From the IMG/VR virus record IMGVR_UViG_3300030060_002483, positions 1-62,064 of that record: a stretch of DNA of 62,064 bases; one strand, written 5' to 3'. The DNA is from a virus (lineage: Duplodnaviria > Caudoviricetes). The notes beneath the pieces are model-generated. The model was not told the DNA's origin. It worked only from the letters and a program-made list of their open reading frames with translations, and searched no databases. The first letter of the stretch is position 1; every line of letters starts with the position of its first letter. Positions 56,221-62,064 of the stretch are shown piece by piece. The translations under genes and the position numbers were made by a program.

Positions 56221-59200
56221 ATGGCAACATATGTAAATGATTTAAGGTTAAAAGAAATAACCACGGGAGATGAGTCAGGTACTTGGGGAGACTCTACTAA
56301 TACTAATTTAGAGTTAATAGCAGAGGCGTTTAGTTTTGGCACTGAAGCTATAACAACTAACGCAGATACACATACTACAACAATAGCAGACGGCTCTACC
56401 GATCCAGGTAGATCTATTTATTTAAAATACACAGGTACACTTGATTCAGCTTGTACCATAACTATAGGACCTAACACTGTATCTAAACTATGGTTGATTG
56501 AAAACGGTACATCAGGTTCACAAAACATTATTATTTCTCAAGGATCTGGCGCAAACGTCACGATTCCAGCAGGTCATGTAAAAGCTGTATATTCAGACGG
56601 AGCAGGATCTGGTGCAGCTATAGTAGATGCTTTTACTAACCTAAATCTAGGCGGTACTACTACAGTAGATGACTTAACTATCTCTGATGATCTTACAGTA
56701 ACGGATGACATGTCTATCGGTGGTGCTTTAACACTTACAGGTAATGCAGACTTTAATGGCGATTTAGACGTAGACGGTACAGCTAATCTAGATGTAGTTG
56801 ATATAGATGGAGCTGTAGATATGGCATCTACTTTAGCTGTAGGTGGTGTTGTAACTGCAAACGCAGGTGTAGTTGTAGATAACATTACTATAGACGGTAC
56901 AGAAATAGATTTATCAAGTGGCGATCTTACGATTGATGTTGCAGGAGATATTATCCTTGATGCTGATGGTTCAACTATAAGCATGAAAGATGGTGGTACA
57001 ACCAGATACACATTTAATTTAGATGCAACGCCTAATCTTGTTATGGCAGGTGGAAACGCCAGTATAACTGCTTCTACATCTGATGCAGACTTATCATTTA
57101 TAGGTAATGATGGTGGTTCAGATGTAACTGCCCTTACCCTTGATATGTCAGATGCTGGTACTGCAACCTTTAATCACGATATAAAACTTGGTGATGGTGG
57201 TATAGCTAAATTTGGTGCAGGTGGAGATTTACAAATTTTTCATGACGGTTCAGATAGTTTTATAAATGATACAGGTACAGGTAATTTACTAATTAGAGCA
57301 GCAGACCAATTTCTTTTACAAGACACAGGTGGGAAAACACACATAAAATCTGTAATAGATGCACAAACTGAACTGTATCATAACAACTCTAAAAAACTAG
57401 AAACAACAAGTTCAGGTGTAGACGTTACAGGTACAATCAATGGTGCAGGTATATTATCTAATGCTGCTAATTTTGGTGAAGGTCTTTTAATTAGTCAAGA
57501 TGCAGGTACAGGTACACTTTCATCTGCTAATAGAAACACAGGATTTGGTTATGAAGTTTTTGATGACTTAACATCTGGTGACGATAATACAGCTTTTGGT
57601 CAACAAGCATTAGCTGCATTAACAACAGCTGGACATAATACAGCTGTAGGCTCTAATGCATTAGAATCAAATACCACAGGTGCTGAAAATACTGCAGTTG
57701 GTTCAGCATGTTTAGATGCTAATACTACAGGTACAGATAATACTGCTATTGGATTTGCTTCATTAGGAAATAACACAACAGCAAGTAGAAATACTGCTGT
57801 TGGTAATGTAGCCTTAAATGAAAATACAACTGGTGCAGATAATACTTCTGTAGGTAAATCAGCATTAGAAAAAAATACTACAGGCACTCAAAACACAGCA
57901 GTTGGTAGTTTAGCTTTAGATGCAAATACTACAGCTAGTAACAATACTGCTATGGGTCATAATGCTTTAACAGCAAATACTACAGGTGCTGAAAATACAG
58001 CAGTTGGTGCTGAAGCATTAGAAGCTAATACTACTGGAACAAGAAACACAGCAGTTGGTCAGCAATCTTTAGAAGCAAACACAGAAGGCACAGACAATTC
58101 TGCTTTTGGTAAAAATGCATTAGCATCAAATACTACTGGAATTACTAATAGTGCTTTTGGTCGTAATTCATTGTTTGCAAACACCACAGCTGATAACAAT
58201 ACAGCTGTTGGTTATAACTCATTAGCAGCAAACACTACAGGAGACCAAAACGTTGCAGTAGGTTCTTTAGCTGGAGATGCAATTACTACAGGATCACAAA
58301 ACACAGCAATTGGTTATGCATCTTTAACAAGTGCAACTACAGCAAGTAGTAATACTGCTATAGGTAGAGCAACATTAAATGAAAATAGCTCAGGAGCTAG
58401 TAATACAGCTGTTGGACATGATGCTTTAGAATCAAACACGACAGCCTCAAACAACACAGCAGTAGGTGCACAAGCTTTAACTGCTAACACCACAGGTGCT
58501 AGTAACACAGCAGTAGGTTCAGGTGCTTTAGTAGCAAACACAACAGCAAACAGTAATACTGCTGTAGGTTTTGATGCTCTAAATGACAACACAACAGGTG
58601 CAAATAATACTGCTATAGGTGCAGGAACTTTAGATAAAAATACTACAGGAAGTTTTAATGTTGCATTAGGTTCAGCAGCTTTAGACGCTAATACTACAGG
58701 TGCTAACAACACAGCAGTTGGTTACTCTGCTTTATCTGCAACCACTACAGCCGACAACAATACAGCAGTAGGTATGCAAGCATTAAACGCAAACACTACA
58801 GGTGCTCAAAACGTAGCTGTTGGTCAAGGTTCATTAGAAGCAAATACCACAGGAGCTTCAAATACTGCTATTGGCAGAACTGCTTTATTATCAAACACTA
58901 CAGGTGCTAATAATACTGCTTTAGGTAGTAATGCCTTAGATGCTAATACAACTGCGGATGGCAATACAGCAATAGGTAAAGATTCTCTAGGAGCGAATAC
59001 AACAGGTCATTCTAATACTGCTATTGGTAAAGACTCATTAAAACTTAATGTAGATGGTAACAGGAACACAGGGCTTGGTTTTGGAGCTTTAAATGTAGCA
59101 AACTCACCAGATGATAATACTATGGTGGGATATTTTGCAGGTGTATCAATTACTACTGGAAATTCAAATACAGCAGTTGGTTCTTTTGCACTTGATGCTA

Positions 59201-61092
59201 ACACTACCGCAAGTAATAACACAGCTATAGGTTATCAATCTCTAAGTGCAAACACGACAGCAAGTGCTAACGTTGCTGTTGGTAAAAGAGCTTTAGCGAG
59301 TAACACTACTGGTACTAATAACGTAGCTGTAGGTACAGATGCCTTAGAAAATCACACAACAGGTTCAGATAATATAGCCGTAGGTAAAAATGTTGCTAAT
59401 GCTTTAACTACAGGTAACACTAATATAGCTATTGGTGGTCAAGCTATGAACACTAATACAGTAGGCGATAGAAACGTAGCTATAGGTTATTCAGCTCTAG
59501 AAACTTACAACCCAGCTAGTAATGAAGATTCATATAACGTAGCAGTCGGTTTTGCTGCTCTAGAGGCAGATACCACAGGTAAAAATAATACTGCTATAGG
59601 TGGTAATGCTTTGTTAGTAAACACAACAGGTGGCAATAATACTGCTGTTGGTACATCTGCCTTACTTGCTAATACTACAGCAAGTAGCAATACAGCAGTT
59701 GGTAAATCAGCAGCATCAGCAATAACTACAGGAACAGGGAATGTAGCTGTTGGAGCACAAGCTTTGGAGTCTACTACTACTTCTAATGGTAATACAGCAT
59801 TAGGTTATATATCTTTACATAGCAACACCACAGGTGCAACAAACACAGCAGTAGGTCAAGAGGCTTTACAAAAGAATACAACTGCAAACTTTAATGTTGC
59901 AGTCGGATATCAAGCCTTAGAAGAAAACACCACAGGTGCAAATAACACAGCTATAGGTACTAATGCTTTAGATGATAATACAACAGCAAGTAATAACACA
60001 GCAGTTGGTAGAGCAGCATTAAGTGCTAACACTACAGCTAGCGATAATACTGCTATAGGTTATCAAGCTTTAGAAGCAAACACCACAGGTACAAGGAATA
60101 CTGCTATGGGTAGTGTAGCATTAGATGCTAACACTACAGGTGATGATAATACTGCTTATGGTTATGCTGCTTTAGGTGTAAATACAACTGGTATAAACAA
60201 TACTGCTATAGGTGTTGATGCTTTAGATGCTAACACCACAGCTTCTAATAACACAGCAGTTGGTTATAAATCTTTAACAGCAAACACTACAGGCACTAAT
60301 AACGTAGCACTTGGTAGGACTGCTTTATCAACAGCAAGTACTGGAAGTGCTAATACAGCTATTGGAAAGGATGCTTTAGCCTCATTAACTACATCTGATA
60401 ATAATACTGCTTTAGGTAAATCAGCAGGTACTAACGTAACTACAGGCGAACAAAATACTTTATTAGGACAAGTATCAGCTGGGTCTTTAACTTCTGGTGA
60501 CGACAATATAGCTATAGGGCATGATGCTGCTGATAACTTAACTACTGGTCAACAAAATATTGCTATCGGTGTTGATACATCTTTATCAGCTGCAGATGGT
60601 GCTAATCAAATAGTTATGGGACAAAATGTTACCTGTGTTGGTAATAGTAACTTTACATTTGGTGATGGCACTACAGATTCTAATATTGCTTTTGGTGCAA
60701 CTTCTATAACAGCACCATCAGATGTAAGACTAAAAGAAGATATACAAGACGAAGAAGTAGGTTTAGATTTTGTAAATGATTTAAGACCTGTAACTTTCCT
60801 TTGGAAAAAAGAAAAAGATATACCTTCGGATATGAAAGCTTATAAAGAAGATTCAGAAGCAAGAACTATGAATGGTAAATATAATCATGGTTTTATAGCA
60901 CAAGAAGTTAAAGAAGTGATTGATAATCACAATTTAAAAGAAGGCTTTGATATGTGGTCAGAAGATGAAACAGATGGAAGGCAAAGAATTGCACCATCAG
61001 CTATGATGTCTATAATGGTTAAAGCAGTACAAGAACTGTCTACGCAAGTAGATGAATTAAAAGCCGAAATACAAACCTTAAAGGAGGATTAA
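56221..61092 (+). CDS. Long tail fibre with about 70 14-aa NTAVG..AL..NTTG repeats and a peptidase S74 chaperone; allele B tip
   Basis: Repeats are visible in the translation; SDVRLKEDI and HGFIAQEV. Confidence 0.9.
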   Translation: MATYVNDLRLKEITTGDESGTWGDSTNTNLELIAEAFSFGTEAITTNADTHTTTIADGSTDPGRSIYLKYTGTLDSACTITIGPNTVSKLWLIENGTSGSQNIIISQGSGANVTIPAGHVKAVYSDGAGSGAAIVDAFTNLNLGGTTTVDDLTISDDLTVTDDMSIGGALTLTGNADFNGDLDVDGTANLDVVDIDGAVDMASTLAVGGVVTANAGVVVDNITIDGTEIDLSSGDLTIDVAGDIILDADGSTISMKDGGTTRYTFNLDATPNLVMAGGNASITASTSDADLSFIGNDGGSDVTALTLDMSDAGTATFNHDIKLGDGGIAKFGAGGDLQIFHDGSDSFINDTGTGNLLIRAADQFLLQDTGGKTHIKSVIDAQTELYHNNSKKLETTSSGVDVTGTINGAGILSNAANFGEGLLISQDAGTGTLSSANRNTGFGYEVFDDLTSGDDNTAFGQQALAALTTAGHNTAVGSNALESNTTGAENTAVGSACLDANTTGTDNTAIGFASLGNNTTASRNTAVGNVALNENTTGADNTSVGKSALEKNTTGTQNTAVGSLALDANTTASNNTAMGHNALTANTTGAENTAVGAEALEANTTGTRNTAVGQQSLEANTEGTDNSAFGKNALASNTTGITNSAFGRNSLFANTTADNNTAVGYNSLAANTTGDQNVAVGSLAGDAITTGSQNTAIGYASLTSATTASSNTAIGRATLNENSSGASNTAVGHDALESNTTASNNTAVGAQALTANTTGASNTAVGSGALVANTTANSNTAVGFDALNDNTTGANNTAIGAGTLDKNTTGSFNVALGSAALDANTTGANNTAVGYSALSATTTADNNTAVGMQALNANTTGAQNVAVGQGSLEANTTGASNTAIGRTALLSNTTGANNTALGSNALDANTTADGNTAIGKDSLGANTTGHSNTAIGKDSLKLNVDGNRNTGLGFGALNVANSPDDNTMVGYFAGVSITTGNSNTAVGSFALDANTTASNNTAIGYQSLSANTTASANVAVGKRALASNTTGTNNVAVGTDALENHTTGSDNIAVGKNVANALTTGNTNIAIGGQAMNTNTVGDRNVAIGYSALETYNPASNEDSYNVAVGFAALEADTTGKNNTAIGGNALLVNTTGGNNTAVGTSALLANTTASSNTAVGKSAASAITTGTGNVAVGAQALESTTTSNGNTALGYISLHSNTTGATNTAVGQEALQKNTTANFNVAVGYQALEENTTGANNTAIGTNALDDNTTASNNTAVGRAALSANTTASDNTAIGYQALEANTTGTRNTAMGSVALDANTTGDDNTAYGYAALGVNTTGINNTAIGVDALDANTTASNNTAVGYKSLTANTTGTNNVALGRTALSTASTGSANTAIGKDALASLTTSDNNTALGKSAGTNVTTGEQNTLLGQVSAGSLTSGDDNIAIGHDAADNLTTGQQNIAIGVDTSLSAADGANQIVMGQNVTCVGNSNFTFGDGTTDSNIAFGATSITAPSDVRLKEDIQDEEVGLDFVNDLRPVTFLWKKEKDIPSDMKAYKEDSEARTMNGKYNHGFIAQEVKEVIDNHNLKEGFDMWSEDETDGRQRIAPSAMMSIMVKAVQELSTQVDELKAEIQTLKED
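59933..60009 (+). repeat. 77-bp exact direct repeat, copy 2
   Basis: Identical to bases 1-77. Confidence 0.95.
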
Positions 61093-61093
61093 T

Positions 61094-61375
61094 ATGGCAA
61101 CAGTGACAGAAGTATTAGATGCAGCGTTACATAGCGTTGCGTTAATAGACAGTATAGATGCAGATGCGTCTAGCGTATTAGATTGTGAAGGACTTACACA
61201 GTCTGAAATAAACGAGTTGGTACAAAGAAACGTAGATCATTTAGAAATCATTTTATTATATGAACCAGTTGATAGTGAAGATGATACACCTAATGTTAAA
61301 GGTTCATCTAGCAGTAAAAAAACTGACTGTTCTAATGCAATTACTAAAGGAAAAGCTTACATTGCTGCAAATTAG
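61094..61375 (+). CDS. Tail-fibre-associated protein (paralog/allele of 943-1224)
   Basis: 87/93 aa identical. Confidence 0.75.
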   Translation: MATVTEVLDAALHSVALIDSIDADASSVLDCEGLTQSEINELVQRNVDHLEIILLYEPVDSEDDTPNVKGSSSSKKTDCSNAITKGKAYIAAN

Positions 61376-61431
61376 TGTATTTGCTAGCATTATGCATTAT
61401 AATTAGTTATTAACTTTTTATTGGGGAAATT

Positions 61432-61632
61432 ATGTCAGAAAAAGAATTAACTAAAGAACAACAATATTGTAAATCACAAATAGAAGATTTAGAAAATAAA
61501 GAATCGCAACTTAGTTTTCAATTAGATCAAGTAAGAGCTAGTAAAACAGTTTTTATAAATTTACTTGCAGAACATACTAAAGATGTTGCAGAAGAAGTTG
61601 TAGAGAAATCTGATAAGGAAAAGAAAAAATAA
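61432..61632 (+). CDS. Hypothetical coiled-coil protein
   Basis: Positional counterpart of 1233-1484. Confidence 0.55.
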   Translation: MSEKELTKEQQYCKSQIEDLENKESQLSFQLDQVRASKTVFINLLAEHTKDVAEEVVEKSDKEKKK

Positions 61633-61817
61633 TGGCTAGTGTTAAAGATGCTTTAAATGCTATTGAATCTCACGAAAGAGAATGTGCAGCAATATATAAA
61701 AGTATTGATAAAAGACTTGAAGATGGCTCTAGTCGTTTTGATAAATTAGAGATGATGCTTTGGGCAGTATATCCATTTATAGTGGGAAGCGTAATTTTAT
61801 CGAGGTTTATAGGATGA
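61632..61817 (+). CDS. Small coiled-coil plus C-terminal TM protein
   Basis: HERECA..Y...RFDKLE followed by a TM; same architecture as 6730-6945. Confidence 0.6.
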   Translation: MASVKDALNAIESHERECAAIYKSIDKRLEDGSSRFDKLEMMLWAVYPFIVGSVILSRFIG

Positions 61818-61996
61818 GTAGACAAAAAAAATCTACAGTAAATAAAGCTGGTAATTATACTAAACCAGGTATGCGTAAACGTATTTTTAACAGAATTAAA
61901 GCTGGTAGCAAAGGTGGTAGACCTGGGCAATGGTCAGCTAGAAAAGCACAAATGTTAGCTAAAGCTTATAAAAAAGCAGGTGGTGGATATAAATAA
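61814..61996 (+). CDS. Small basic protein (GGRPGQWSARKAQMLA...GGGY family)
   Basis: ATGA overlap at 61814. Confidence 0.65.
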   Translation: MSRQKKSTVNKAGNYTKPGMRKRIFNRIKAGSKGGRPGQWSARKAQMLAKAYKKAGGGYK

Positions 61997-62018
61997 TTAA
62001 AAACTAAGGGAAAGAGTT

Positions 62019-62064
62019 ATGGCTTATTTACAAAGTAATATACCCCATTTTAAATGTTGGGTAA
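62019..62064 (+). CDS. Truncated CDS start (MAYLQSNIPHFKCWV...)
   Basis: Purine-rich RBS and ATG; runs off the window. Confidence 0.4.
   Translation, partial: MAYLQSNIPHFKCWV

Noticed and set aside
55385-60506. Multiple minus-strand ORFs over the tail genes
   Set aside because: Antisense shadows of repetitive Thr/Ala/Gly codons in well-supported plus-strand genes. The same applies to the other short antisense ORFs in the track.
1-62064. tRNA genes, introns/inteins or an alternative genetic code
   Set aside because: No cloverleaf with a T-loop consensus was noticed, and core genes (polA, terL, capsid) are uninterrupted in the standard code. tRNAscan was not run.

Overview
An AT-rich, apparently near-complete dsDNA tailed phage genome with a podovirus-like gene set. 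It resembles marine pelagiphage-type phages, but the host cannot be determined from sequence. Bases 1-77 are repeated exactly at 59933-60009, in frame within the tail-fibre gene. The contig therefore reads as a circle of about 59.9 kb, followed by about 2 kb carrying an alternative tail-fibre tip and its downstream genes. Modules in order: tail-fibre tip; a curli/type VIII secretion-like cassette (CsgF, CsgG, curlin-repeat protein, FecR-domain protein, CHASE2 adenylate cyclase) placed just before the lysis genes; tail and ejection proteins; a Pro-rich protein; SNF2 helicase; replication genes (SSB-like, primase, UvrD, PolA with L762) around a thymine hypermodification cluster (dUMP hydroxymethylase-like, aGPT-Pplase-like, TAGT/JGT-like glycosyltransferase, AlkB-like, NTP-PPase-like, cytidylyltransferase); small terminase; a promoter-driven tandem structured ncRNA candidate; early genes; a repeat- and hairpin-rich non-coding region; large terminase, portal, small basic proteins, scaffold, capsid, head-tail proteins; and a 1623-aa tail fibre. 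I found no integrase, reverse transcriptase, tRNA or CRISPR array. Protein family calls come from motif recognition only; no database search was run.
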